Assembly: GCA_947632355.1 (NCBI GenBank)
Contig: CANROY010000001.1
Location: 2,040 to 66,039, forward strand
DNA from: an uncultured Bacilli bacterium
GTDB taxonomy: Bacteria; Bacillota_I; Bacilli_A; RF39; UBA660
Length of the DNA stretch: 64,000 nucleotides
Direction of reading: 5' to 3'
How positions within the stretch are numbered: position 1 is the stretch's first letter; every line of letters begins with the position of its first letter. A model generated the notes under the pieces. That model ran no database searches and was not told the origin of the DNA. It saw nothing but the letters and a program-made list of their open reading frames with translations. Shown here piece by piece: positions 37,260 through 47,471 of this stretch. The translations under genes were made by a program, and so were the position numbers.

Positions 37260-38666
37260 CTAAATAATTTCTTCCATACGATTTAAGATTTTTTCTTTTC
37301 CTAGTAAATAGATTAAATCATAAAAAGGAATACCTTCTTTTGTTCCTGTTAAAGAAACCCGTATAGGCATATAAAAGAAAACATCTTCTACCTGACATTG
37401 TTCTTTTAAATTTTCTAAGTTTTCTTTTAAACTTTCTTTGGTCCAAGTAGTACAGCTTTTAATGGTTTCTTTAAATTTTAAAAGGGTATTTGGTATACTT
37501 TTTTCTCCTTTTAAATACGTAACAGCTTCTTCATTTAATTCTATTAAATCAGTAAATATTTGATGCGTTAAGAAACCAATTTCAGAAGCAAAAGAGATTT
37601 TTGTTTTATAAGCAAGTAGTAAAGTACGAACCCATTCTTTACTATATTTTGTTAAATCATAGCATCGTTCTAAATAAGGACGCACATAGTTGATATAGGT
37701 TTCTTCATCCATTTTTTTAATGTACGCACGATTAAACCATTTTAGTTTTTGCATATCAAAATGTGCCGGTCTTTTGACAATATTTTTATAATCAAAAACA
37801 CGTATTAATTCTTCCATAGAGAAAAGTTCTTGTTTGGTTTTTGGATTCCATCCTAGAAGTACTACATAGTTTAAAATAGCATTTGGTAAAAAACCTTGAT
37901 ACAGTAAATCATTTAGTGTATCTTTTTTTTCGCTTAAACCAAGAATATTGGGTAAATGTAAAAACTTTGGTATGGGAAAACCTAAACTCGTATACAAATG
38001 GATATATTTTGATGTACTAGATAACGTATGAATAGGACGCATGACAATATCAATTTGCATGAGTGCATCATCTAGAGCACTAGCAAACATATAAGTAGGG
38101 GTTCCATCACTTTTGATTAAGATATAGTCATCTAAAGAAGTATTGGGTATAGAAATATCTCCATAGACTAAATCATTAAAAGTAGTTGGAATTTCATCTT
38201 CTGGCATAGCAGCACGTATGACATATTTTTCTCCTAAACCAATTTTTCTTAAGGCTTCATCTTTTGGAAAATTTCTATGGGTTTTATCATATTGATAGTT
38301 TTCTTTCTTTTCAGTAGCTTCTAAACGTTTACGATTTAATTCTTCTTTTGTACAAAAACAATAGTAAGCATTATTTTTTTTCACTAATTTTTCGGCATAG
38401 GATTTATAAATTTCTAAACGTTCACTTTGAATATAAGAAGTAGAACTTTCCTTTTTAGGACCTTCATCATAATTTATAGAAAAGATTGGAAGAAGTGCAT
38501 GAAAGTTTTCTTCGTTTTTTAAGTCATAGTTTTCTTGATTCGCATCCTCAATACTGACAACAAAAGTACCACCTTCGTGTTTGGCAATTAAATAAGAATA
38601 CAAGCAATCTCTTAACTCCACTAAATCAAAAGGTTTAGAGGGATTATAAGCAAATCTTGTTCTCAT
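37260..38666 (-). CDS. Glutamyl-tRNA synthetase-like protein with degenerate class-I catalytic motifs (probable pseudo-enzyme or unusual GluRS)
   Basis: Full-length GluRS architecture with conserved synteny immediately upstream of cysS; DGTPTY.FA.A.DD, GFLPNAILNYVVLLGWNP and FDMQKLKWFN regions match. HIGH is replaced by FDLVELR, RGEDH by RPIHT, and the KLSKR region is shortened to LSEKK. Confidence 0.6.
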   Translation of the reverse strand: MRTRFAYNPSKPFDLVELRDCLYSYLIAKHEGGTFVVSIEDANQENYDLKNEENFHALLPIFSINYDEGPKKESSTSYIQSERLEIYKSYAEKLVKKNNAYYCFCTKEELNRKRLEATEKKENYQYDKTHRNFPKDEALRKIGLGEKYVIRAAMPEDEIPTTFNDLVYGDISIPNTSLDDYILIKSDGTPTYMFASALDDALMQIDIVMRPIHTLSSTSKYIHLYTSLGFPIPKFLHLPNILGLSEKKDTLNDLLYQGFLPNAILNYVVLLGWNPKTKQELFSMEELIRVFDYKNIVKRPAHFDMQKLKWFNRAYIKKMDEETYINYVRPYLERCYDLTKYSKEWVRTLLLAYKTKISFASEIGFLTHQIFTDLIELNEEAVTYLKGEKSIPNTLLKFKETIKSCTTWTKESLKENLENLKEQCQVEDVFFYMPIRVSLTGTKEGIPFYDLIYLLGKEKILNRMEEII

Positions 38667-38747
38667 AACATTCTTCCTTTCTAAAGACTTTTTTCTATTT
38701 AGTAGTATAACACAATTAAAGAAAAGAAAAAATAGTCTAGAAACAGT

Positions 38748-38795
38748 TCTTATGTAAAACGATTTGCATTTTTATTTAAAATGGTTTATAATCAA
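38748..38795 (+). promoter_or_regulatory. Plus-strand promoter TTGCAT-17-TATAAT driving a short transcript that ends at hairpin 38855-38885
   Basis: Followed by ACACCACTCT-GTAAA-GAGATGGTGT plus T5 (bidirectional hairpin), giving a candidate ~90-nt sRNA/antisense within the gltX-like leader region. Confidence 0.35.
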
Positions 38796-39282
38796 TTAAA
38801 GCGAGCCACTAAGTATAGTGCTTGCCATTGTGTAGCAAACACCACTCTGTAAAGAGATGGTGTTTTTATTATCCTTTCAAATACCAACCAGGTTCCCCTG
38901 AAGAGTCGTTTTGCTTTATCTAATCTTTTCGATTAGGCGGATAATTATCCATAACAAGATAACTATCAAATAGTCTTTCTTGTCCATTTGGACCACCTCG
39001 ATTTCTTTTAAAATTTTGGTGGCAAACCCATTACTTTTGCGGCTCGCAGGAACACTTTAGCAAAGAAAAAAAGAAAATGCAAATCACCAATTTTGCGATT
39101 TCTAGCAACTTTTGCTCAAATTCTCATGAGAAAAAGGCAAATTGTTGCGACAATTTACCTTTTTTGAGCCAATTTCGTTAAAATTGGTATTTTTTAAAAA
39201 ATTTTCAAGAAAAAAATAGTCTAGAAAGCGTTCTAAACTATTTTTTGTAAACTATTTATGCTTTGACCATAAATAAGAAATT

Positions 39283-39325
39283 TGTAATAATGTAACAATT
39301 GCAATTTCGTTATTACATTCTTATC
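39283..39325 (-). terminator. Probable terminator after clpC (TGTAATAA...TTATTACA hairpin plus U-rich tail)
   Basis: Imperfect extended hairpin immediately 3' of the clpC stop. Confidence 0.4.
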
Positions 39326-39334
39326 TTAGCAAAC

Positions 39335-41488
39335 TTATAAAGGAATTTCAATATCTATTTCACTATTATATTTCGAAATTAATTTTTTTAAGTTTCGCAA
39401 ACCATATTTTTCACATTCTGCTTGTTTTTCGAGCGTTTCAAACGTAACACTTTTATTGGTTAAGTTTTTCTTTGTATATTCTTTTAATACTTCTTCTTTT
39501 AACGGTGAAAAAGTGATAATGTCACTAAATCTTCCTAAAAATTCTTTACTAAACGTTTCGTTTAACGTTTGGTTTTTATTTTGGACAAAACCAACACTTT
39601 CATGGTCAACAACATTACTCGTCATAAAAATACTCGTATGTGTAAAATCAATTTTTTCTCCTTTAGAACACGTTACAAACCCTTCATCTAAAATTTGCAA
39701 AAATAAATTTAAAACTCTAGGATGAGCTTTTTCTATTTCATCTACTAAAATGATAGAGTAAGGGTGTTCTAAAACACTACGAAAAATATATTGGTCTTCA
39801 TACCCTACATACCCTGCACTAACCCCAATAAGGCGATTCACAGAAGTTTCTAAATTGTATTCACTCATATCTAAACGAATAAAGTTGGCTTTTAAACTTT
39901 TAGAAACCCATTTTACACTTTCCGTTTTTCCAACACCGGAAGGACCATTTAGTAATAAAGATAACGTTTTATCTTCATTCTGAAGTTTCCACCACATATT
40001 TTGAATTATTTTTTCTAAGGCTTCTTCTTGACCAAAAATATGTTCTTCTAAATTCTTTTTAATTTTGTGAATCGTTTCCTTTTTATTTTCTAATAGTGGA
40101 ATATGTAACTTCTTTTCCATTGCTTCTAAAATATCTTTTTTGGTAATAGAAGTTTTTGTTTTCTTTGTCATATTCTCTATTTTTTTATAGAGTTTTGTTT
40201 CTTGTTCTTTGTATTCCATTGCTAAATCAAAGTTGTGTTTTGCTACCGCTTTTTCTTTTTTCTTTTTTAAAGTTTCTAACTCTTGATTGATTTTTTCTAA
40301 CCCTACATATTCTACATTTTTTACTTTTACACGAGCACAAATTAAATCTAATAAATCAATGGTTTTATCCGGATTACTTTTATTTTTTATATATTTGTCT
40401 ACTAATTCTACTAAATCACAAATACATTCCTTACTAATCGTAATATGATGATGTTCTTCATATTCTTTTTTAATACCAAGTAAGATATCTTTTGTTTTTT
40501 CTGCATCCGGTTCTTCAACTTCAATTAAGTAAAATCTTCTTTCTAGTGCCTTATCTTTATAAATAGTTTTATAATACTCTTCTGTTGTGGTTGCTCCGAT
40601 ACATTTAATATCTCCTCTAGCTAAATAAGGTTTTAAAATATCAGCAGCGTTTATTGCTCCTTCTGCACCACCAGCATTAATCATAGAATGAATTTCATCA
40701 ATAAATAGAATAATATTTTTATTTTCAATGACTTCTTTTATAATTTTTGTTAAACGTTCTTCAAACTCTCCACGATACTTCGTACCTGAAACTAAAGAAC
40801 CCATCTCTAACATAACAATCGTTTTATCTTTAAGTTCATTGGGAACTAAACCTTTATTAATTCTTCTTGCTAATTCTTCTACAATTGCTGTTTTTCCAAC
40901 ACCTGCTTTTCCGATAAGTAAAGGATTACTTTTTTTCTTACGTAATAAAGATTCAATCACAGATGAGATTTCTTCTTCTCTTCCAATTGTTTTTTCGGTA
41001 TTAGATACTGTTTTATTTAAGTTATTTCCTATTTCAAATAACGTTAATTTTTCTTTTCCATTTCCTACTAGATTATATTTCAGTTCATCATAAATGCTAT
41101 CGATATCAATATCTAAACTAAGCATGATACGAATAGCAATTCCTTCTCCTTCTTCTAATAGAGCAAGAAATAAATGTCTTTCTGTTACTTTTCCTCCATT
41201 ATTTTCTTTAGCATCTTCTAAAGACGCAGCAATAATTCTTTTTAAAAGAGGTGTATAAAGAACAAAATCAGTTTCTTTGTTTGATTTTCCTACAATATTT
41301 ACAAGTTCTGTTTCAAAGGTACTATAGTTTAATCCATAGGATTTTAAAACACGTGTAACTTCATTATCTTCACTTAATATAGCGAGTAATAAGTGTTCAC
41401 TTCCTACATAGGGATGTCTTAAATCTTTACGAATTTTTTCTGCCTTTTTAAATACTTGGGCAATTTCTATTCCATAATTATCAAACAT
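39335..41488 (-). CDS. clpC: ATP-dependent Clp protease ATP-binding subunit, ClpC/ClpE-like (two AAA+ modules, Clp-N repeats, short M-domain)
   Basis: Clp_N repeat; Walker A GKAGVGKT and GPSGVGKT; Walker B ILFIDEIH / ILVDEIEKAH. Confidence 0.85.
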   Translation of the reverse strand: MFDNYGIEIAQVFKKAEKIRKDLRHPYVGSEHLLLAILSEDNEVTRVLKSYGLNYSTFETELVNIVGKSNKETDFVLYTPLLKRIIAASLEDAKENNGGKVTERHLFLALLEEGEGIAIRIMLSLDIDIDSIYDELKYNLVGNGKEKLTLFEIGNNLNKTVSNTEKTIGREEEISSVIESLLRKKKSNPLLIGKAGVGKTAIVEELARRINKGLVPNELKDKTIVMLEMGSLVSGTKYRGEFEERLTKIIKEVIENKNIILFIDEIHSMINAGGAEGAINAADILKPYLARGDIKCIGATTTEEYYKTIYKDKALERRFYLIEVEEPDAEKTKDILLGIKKEYEEHHHITISKECICDLVELVDKYIKNKSNPDKTIDLLDLICARVKVKNVEYVGLEKINQELETLKKKKEKAVAKHNFDLAMEYKEQETKLYKKIENMTKKTKTSITKKDILEAMEKKLHIPLLENKKETIHKIKKNLEEHIFGQEEALEKIIQNMWWKLQNEDKTLSLLLNGPSGVGKTESVKWVSKSLKANFIRLDMSEYNLETSVNRLIGVSAGYVGYEDQYIFRSVLEHPYSIILVDEIEKAHPRVLNLFLQILDEGFVTCSKGEKIDFTHTSIFMTSNVVDHESVGFVQNKNQTLNETFSKEFLGRFSDIITFSPLKEEVLKEYTKKNLTNKSVTFETLEKQAECEKYGLRNLKKLISKYNSEIDIEIPL

Positions 41489-41581
41489 AATTTCCTCCTA
41501 AAATATTCTATGTTCATCATGTTGGAATTAGGTTTGTTTTATACAAATTTTCATAGCATAATTTGTCGTAAATTGATAAGT

Positions 41582-41642
41582 TTGTTCTAGTTGTGTCGAA
41601 ACGCTTGAAAATAGATTTTTTTACTCTATAATAACCAACCAT
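41582..41642 (+). promoter_or_regulatory. Repeated promoter module (copy 3) upstream of the second Rpn paralogue
   Basis: TTGTGTCGAAACGCTTGAAAATAGATTTTTTTACTCTATAATAAC; TTGAAA-17-TATAAT. Confidence 0.6.
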
Positions 41643-41703
41643 ATTCATTCGAAAACCATTCCTAGGGGGTTTTGGTTGAATAAAATTGAAAGGAAATTAA
41701 GTT

Positions 41704-42534
41704 ATGATTACAGAACAAAAAGTATTATTAAAAGATGAATTTGCTAAAAAAATATTTCGTAGTGAGGATTGTAAGGAATATGTTGCTAGTGTTATTGCAG
41801 TACTCTTGCATCTAAAAAAAGAAGATGTCATGAACAATTTAACCCTTATTAATCCAGAAGTAAATGTAAATAAAAATGTAAAAAATCAGGAAGTTGATGT
41901 TATTTACGATACAAAAGAAAACTATGTCAATATCGAAATCAATTATCGAAATAGTCAAGATTTACGAATCAAAAATAATGCCTATATCGCGCAACTTTAT
42001 TTAAAACAAATAAAGCCAAAAGAAAAATACCAAATCAAACCTATTGTCCAAATCAATATTAATAACTATGACTATTATAAAAAGAAAAAATTTATCTATC
42101 ATAGTGTTGTAATGGAAGAAGAATATCATATAGCAAGAGATAAAAATATTGAAATCTTTGATATAAATGTAGATTTATTAACGGAAATCGATTATAATGA
42201 GATTGAAAAGTTAAATGAAAGGGATTTAAAGTGGCTTTTGTATATCTTCGTATGTGGAGATAAAAGGCGACGTAAAGAGGTTTATGGTGAAAGCGAAATG
42301 ATGAAGAAAGTGAATCAAAAGGTTGAGAGTTATGATGATCCATTAGATGCCTATTTATTTTATGATAAAAAGGCAATGGATGAAGCAGGAATAAAGCAAA
42401 TGATTGTTGATGATACTCATAAAGAAACAGCAAAGAAACTCTTACAAATGAAACTAGGAACTGATGAACAAATAGCAGAAGCAACAGGTTTAACACTAGA
42501 TGAAATAGAAGATTTAAAAAAGGAAAAAGATTAA
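41704..42534 (+). CDS. Rpn-family recombination-promoting nuclease/putative transposase (paralogue 2)
   Basis: ~60% identical to 25419..26297 with an identical C-terminal 35 aa. Confidence 0.8.
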   Translation: MITEQKVLLKDEFAKKIFRSEDCKEYVASVIAVLLHLKKEDVMNNLTLINPEVNVNKNVKNQEVDVIYDTKENYVNIEINYRNSQDLRIKNNAYIAQLYLKQIKPKEKYQIKPIVQININNYDYYKKKKFIYHSVVMEEEYHIARDKNIEIFDINVDLLTEIDYNEIEKLNERDLKWLLYIFVCGDKRRRKEVYGESEMMKKVNQKVESYDDPLDAYLFYDKKAMDEAGIKQMIVDDTHKETAKKLLQMKLGTDEQIAEATGLTLDEIEDLKKEKD

Positions 42535-42580
42535 TTTTCTTTCCTTAAAAATGTAACAAAAAGCGATATTCTAAAAAGAA

Positions 42581-43771
42581 CTAACCTTCTAAGTTAGTTT
42601 TTTTCTTTAATAGTTGTCTAGCAAATATATAATGGAATACACCTAATAGTAAAGCAGGTAGAATAAAAATTCTTAAGTTCATATGGAATACTACACCACA
42701 TATAAAAGTTCCTATCGCTTTACCAAGTAAACTACTACAATAACGCAAAGTTGTTAAAAATAGAGCATATTCTTCTTTTATATGATTGATAAAATATCCA
42801 GAGAATAAAAACCCATAAGGTTGATCAAATACTAATAAATACATAAGAGTAAACAAAAATAAAATTTCATTTTTCGTAATAAACACTAGAAAATAGAAAA
42901 GAATACGTACACCAAATTTGACAAATAAATTATGATTATCATTCTTAAAATTAAAATGATTTACAATAAGAATAGATAATAAACTAGAACATATACCTAA
43001 ACCTAAAATGAAAAAGCTTGCGTAATTTGAATCAAAACCCATATTATTCGTTAACAAAAGCATAGGCATACCTAAAACAGAGCCCCATATAATTTCTGCT
43101 AATCCATTAACAAATAAAAACTGATAGAGTACTTTATTTTTATTAAAATACTTCAATGTTTTTTTGATATCAAAAGAATTCTTTTTCTTACTTTCAACCG
43201 AAATAGGGAGTAAGATAAAGAAAGATAAAAAATTAAAAATAATAGAAAGCAATAAACAGATATTATAATCAATGACTGTATGAAATATTGTTTTACCTAA
43301 AAAAATAGCAACGAATAAAAAACCAAGTTTACTAAATAAAGATTCGATCATATCTTTTTTCGTATATAAAACATCACTTTTTTCTAAACTCATAAGAAGT
43401 GGATAAACACTAGCCAAGATTAGTTGACTAAAAGCAATATCAAAAAACATAAAAAACTTGATAAAAAAGAAATTCCCAGTTCCATTTAAATAAATAAGTA
43501 AAGTCCCCGTCATCATATTTAAAACTAGAGAAACACATATTCCCCATTTTAATTTTGAAGCACTCATCTTAATCGTAAAATAAAACAAAACCAAGACAGT
43601 TACAATATAAGAAATACTGATAATATGACTAATAGAAGTTGTAGACAAACCATTTGTGCTCATCCATAGTTCGCGGTAATTATCAAAAACTCCTACAGAT
43701 AGGCCAAATAAAGCTAGAAAGAAAAGAATCCAAAAACTTTTATTTTCCTTTTTGTTTTTCATATGTTCCAC
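42581..43771 (-). CDS. MFS-type transporter (12 predicted TM)
   Basis: 396-aa polytopic membrane protein with two 6-TM halves. Confidence 0.6.
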   Translation of the reverse strand: MEHMKNKKENKSFWILFFLALFGLSVGVFDNYRELWMSTNGLSTTSISHIISISYIVTVLVLFYFTIKMSASKLKWGICVSLVLNMMTGTLLIYLNGTGNFFFIKFFMFFDIAFSQLILASVYPLLMSLEKSDVLYTKKDMIESLFSKLGFLFVAIFLGKTIFHTVIDYNICLLLSIIFNFLSFFILLPISVESKKKNSFDIKKTLKYFNKNKVLYQFLFVNGLAEIIWGSVLGMPMLLLTNNMGFDSNYASFFILGLGICSSLLSILIVNHFNFKNDNHNLFVKFGVRILFYFLVFITKNEILFLFTLMYLLVFDQPYGFLFSGYFINHIKEEYALFLTTLRYCSSLLGKAIGTFICGVVFHMNLRIFILPALLLGVFHYIFARQLLKKKTNLEG

Positions 43772-43793
43772 CTTACTAGTAGTATAACATAGA

Positions 43794-44555
43794 TTATTTT
43801 AAATTGGGACTTTTTCTTTTTTGAATTTGATACGTAATGGCCATTGATAATTTCCAAGGAGCAAAACGATTTAAGAATAAACCAAGTTTGACACTTAATC
43901 CTGGTACAATGATAAGTTTCTTTTTAAACATTTTATCTATACCATACTTAGCCACTTTTTCGCTAGGCATTTCTTTAAGATTAAAGATTCCTTTTGCCAC
44001 TTTATTAAATTCCGTAGCAACAGGCCCTGGACACAAAGCACTAATATGAACATTACTTTTTTGATGTCTTAATTCTTCATAGATAGCCATTGTAAGTTTG
44101 GTAATATAATTCTTACTGGCATAATACGTATTTAAACGAGGTCCTGCTAAAAAACCTGCACTAGAGCAAACGTTTAATATATAACCAGAATCTCTTTTCA
44201 TAAAATCAATTAAAAATAGTTTTGTTAATATGTGGTAAGCTTTTATATTTAAATCGATCATTTCAAGTTCACGATTTAAATCCGTTTTATTAAACATTCC
44301 AAATAAACCGAAACCAGCATCATTGATAAGAATATCAATATTTTCTTTTTGTACTTGTTTATGTAAATTAAATACATTTTCTTCTTTTAATAAATCCATA
44401 ACAATAATTTGAACAGATACATTCACGTTCTTTTTTATTTCTTCTAATCTTTCTTTTCTTCTAGCAACAAGTATTAAATCGTAACCTAAATCCGCTAAGT
44501 AATACGCCATATCTCTACCAATACCACTACTTGCTCCTGTAATCAATGCTTTCAT
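43794..44555 (-). CDS. SDR-family NAD(P)-dependent oxidoreductase
   Basis: TGASSGIGR cofactor motif; YxxxK active site (YASKNY...K). Confidence 0.9.
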   Translation of the reverse strand: MKALITGASSGIGRDMAYYLADLGYDLILVARRKERLEEIKKNVNVSVQIIVMDLLKEENVFNLHKQVQKENIDILINDAGFGLFGMFNKTDLNRELEMIDLNIKAYHILTKLFLIDFMKRDSGYILNVCSSAGFLAGPRLNTYYASKNYITKLTMAIYEELRHQKSNVHISALCPGPVATEFNKVAKGIFNLKEMPSEKVAKYGIDKMFKKKLIIVPGLSVKLGLFLNRFAPWKLSMAITYQIQKRKSPNLK

Positions 44556-44647
44556 AATTCACCTAACCTTGCAAAATATTTATTTATAATTTATATTTAT
44601 TATAGCATAAAGAAGCAAAATTATGCTTTTTAAAGAAAGGACAATCT

Positions 44648-45667
44648 ATGAAAAAAATCTTTAAAAAAATTATTTTGATTATTTGCATCCTACTTTTCTT
44701 AGTACTTTTATTAAAATTTTTTCTATGGATATTAAAAATTGAAATAAATAAAAGCCCAAATCATTATACAGTTGAACAAATAAACCCAAAAACTTATTCA
44801 AAATATAATGACTTTTTTAATACGGCTACTTACCTAGCACCTATTCCTGGATTAAAGGAAGGAGCAGTTCCTCAAAGTATATGTTATATAAACAGTAAAA
44901 ATCTTTTTATCATTGCAGAATATCATATTGGAAAAGCCCCTAGTGTTTTACAAATAGTAGATGAAAATGGAACATATATAAAAAGCATTATCTTAAAAGA
45001 TACCCAAGGCAAAAATCTAAATGCCCACGTTGGGGGAATTGCAACAGATGAAAATACTCTTTGGGTTAGTGATGAATATAAACTATATTGGTATTCGTTA
45101 GATGATATACTATCATTATCCTCAATGGAAAGTATTTCTGCTACTGAGTACAAAGAATTAAATTTAAAAGCCGATTTTATTACTTACAACAATCAAGTGT
45201 TATGGATTGGTGAATATGAATATAAACCCTTTTATAACTCTTCTAAATTCAGTAAAAGTATAAACACCAATGCATTACTAATCGGATATAACGCAAATGA
45301 TTTTTCTCCAGAATTTGCATTCTCCTTACCTAAAAAAGTACAAGGAATTGTTTGGAACAACGACAATTTAATTGTAAGTGATTCTTTTTGGTTCTTAGAA
45401 GATTCTCATATAAAGGAATACGAAAAGGTTTTAGAAACAAAAATAGAAAAAAATATTTTTATAGATGGTAAAGAAATTCCTTTAAGAAAACTTGAAGATA
45501 GCCGCATCATTTATGAAAGGATAGCACCTCCAATGTTAGAAGGAATTGAATTGGTTAACAATAAAATCTATATGGTATTTGAAAGTGGAGCCAACAATTA
45601 CAAGTATTATACACATTATAAAGTAAATGGACTGTATACTTTATCTTTAAATCAAGAAAATATATAG
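44648..45667 (+). CDS. Hypothetical secreted/membrane-anchored protein (beta-propeller-like?)
   Basis: N-terminal TM/signal; no recognised catalytic motif. Confidence 0.5.
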   Translation: MKKIFKKIILIICILLFLVLLLKFFLWILKIEINKSPNHYTVEQINPKTYSKYNDFFNTATYLAPIPGLKEGAVPQSICYINSKNLFIIAEYHIGKAPSVLQIVDENGTYIKSIILKDTQGKNLNAHVGGIATDENTLWVSDEYKLYWYSLDDILSLSSMESISATEYKELNLKADFITYNNQVLWIGEYEYKPFYNSSKFSKSINTNALLIGYNANDFSPEFAFSLPKKVQGIVWNNDNLIVSDSFWFLEDSHIKEYEKVLETKIEKNIFIDGKEIPLRKLEDSRIIYERIAPPMLEGIELVNNKIYMVFESGANNYKYYTHYKVNGLYTLSLNQENI

Positions 45668-45721
45668 AATGTTGTATTTATTTAATATATTATAAATATA
45701 TTTTCAATAAAATAAATTAAT

Positions 45722-45752
45722 AAAGACCATAAAAAAATTAGTTTATTCACTA
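45722..45752 (-). terminator. Terminator downstream of rplQ
   Basis: AATTAGTTTAGTGAATAAACTAATT hairpin followed by T7 on the minus strand. Confidence 0.75.
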
Positions 45753-46091
45753 AACTAATTCTAATCTTACTTGTAAAGCATCGTCGCCGATTCTTTCTTT
45801 TAATTTAATAATTCTTGTATATCCACCATTACGGTTTTCATAACGTTTTGCAAGTTCATTAAATACTTTGTCAACACAATCTTTATTGTTATAAACAAAA
45901 GCAAGGGCTTTTCTACGAGAAACTAAAGTTCCACGTTTTCCATAAGTAATCATTTTATCAACAAATTTTCTTACTTCTTTGGCTTTTGCTTCTGTTGTTA
46001 CAACGCCTTCGTTCATAATAACATCAACAGTTAATCCTGCAAATACACTATGTCTTTGTCTTGTCTCTCTTCCAATTTTTCTATACGCCAT
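45750..46091 (-). CDS. rplQ: 50S ribosomal protein L17
   Basis: Sequence and size match; position after rpoA. Confidence 0.95.
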   Translation of the reverse strand: MAYRKIGRETRQRHSVFAGLTVDVIMNEGVVTTEAKAKEVRKFVDKMITYGKRGTLVSRRKALAFVYNNKDCVDKVFNELAKRYENRNGGYTRIIKLKERIGDDALQVRLELV

Positions 46092-46102
46092 AATAATCCT
46101 CC

Positions 46103-47047
46103 TTAATCGCGGAATTTAAGTCCCATTTCAGCAACTTTGTCTAAAACTTCTTTTAAAGACTTTTTACCTAAGTTACGAATCTTGGTAACTTCCACTTCTC
46201 TTTTAGAAATTAAATCTTGAACGGTATGAATACCAGCTCTTTTTAAACAGTTATATGCTCTAACTGAGAATTCGATTTCTTCAATTGGTGTTTCTAATGT
46301 TTTTGTAATCGTATCCACTTTCTTTTCAGCCATTAATCCAGAAACATCACTAATAGCATTTAAATCTGTAATGATATTAAAATGTTCAATTAAGATTTTA
46401 GCAGATAAAGCCATACATTCTTCTGGAGTAATACTTCCGTTTGTATTAATACGCATAATTAATTTATCGTAGTTTTCATTGTGTCCAACACGAGCACCTT
46501 CAACTTCATAAGATACTTTTTCAACTGGTGAATATAAAGAGTCGATTGCAATTACACCAACTTTTTTATTATCAAGTAGTGTTTGATTTTCTTTTGAATC
46601 AACATAACCTTTACCATTTGATACGGTCATTTCCATATCAATTTTTCCACCTTCAACTAAGTTACAAATAACTAAGTCTTTATTAATTACTTCTAAATCT
46701 GAATCTACTTCAATGTCTCCAGCTAAAACTGGTCCTGGAGTTGATTTAGATAAATGAATTACTTTATCTTCTTCAGTATGATTTTTTAAAACAACACTTT
46801 TAAGGGCTAAAATGATGCTTGTAACATCTTCATAAACACCTTCAATTTTTTGAAATTCGTGTAAAACACCGTCTATTTTTACACTTGTAATGGCACAACC
46901 TGGTAAGCTTGATAACATAACTCTTCTAAGAGCATTACCAATTGTTGTTCCAAATCCTCTCTCTAATGGTTCTAGTACGAATTCTCCATAATGTGCATCT
47001 TCAACATATTCTGTGATTTTGTACTCTGGTTTTTCGAATTTAATCAT
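46103..47047 (-). CDS. rpoA: DNA-directed RNA polymerase subunit alpha
   Basis: NTD/CTD architecture; synteny S11-rpoA-L17. Confidence 0.95.
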   Translation of the reverse strand: MIKFEKPEYKITEYVEDAHYGEFVLEPLERGFGTTIGNALRRVMLSSLPGCAITSVKIDGVLHEFQKIEGVYEDVTSIILALKSVVLKNHTEEDKVIHLSKSTPGPVLAGDIEVDSDLEVINKDLVICNLVEGGKIDMEMTVSNGKGYVDSKENQTLLDNKKVGVIAIDSLYSPVEKVSYEVEGARVGHNENYDKLIMRINTNGSITPEECMALSAKILIEHFNIITDLNAISDVSGLMAEKKVDTITKTLETPIEEIEFSVRAYNCLKRAGIHTVQDLISKREVEVTKIRNLGKKSLKEVLDKVAEMGLKFRD

Positions 47048-47074
47048 TTCTATATCCCTTTCCTTTCTCCCTCA

Positions 47075-47461
47075 TTAATTTCTAGGACGTTTTGGTGGAC
47101 GACAACCATTGTGTGGTACTGGAGTAATATCATCAATACTTACAACTTCTAAACCTGCTGCTTGTAAAGAACGAATAGCTGTATCTTTACCGGTTCCAAG
47201 TCCTTTAACTTTAACATCAACCTTCATAACTCCTGCATTATCGTGTGCACTCTTAGCGGCTGCTTCTGCTGCCATTCCTGCTGCATATGGAGTTTTCTTT
47301 TTACTTCCTTTATAACCAATGGTTCCACTTGATGCCCAACTAATAACATTTCCATCTTTTTCTGTAATGGTTACGATGGTGTTATTGTATGTACATTCAA
47401 TATGAGCAACGGCTTCAGGAATATTTTTCTTAACTTTTCTTTTTCTTCTGTTATATGCCAT
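47075..47461 (-). CDS. rpsK: 30S ribosomal protein S11
   Basis: Sequence and synteny. Confidence 0.95.
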   Translation of the reverse strand: MAYNRRKRKVKKNIPEAVAHIECTYNNTIVTITEKDGNVISWASSGTIGYKGSKKKTPYAAGMAAEAAAKSAHDNAGVMKVDVKVKGLGTGKDTAIRSLQAAGLEVVSIDDITPVPHNGCRPPKRPRN

Positions 47462-47471
47462 GATTTACCTC

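Noticed and set aside
38667-39334. T-box leader upstream of the gltX-like/cysS operon
   Set aside because: Only a weak GAGGTGGTCC match to the T-box core, and no adjacent terminator/antiterminator pair in the right register.
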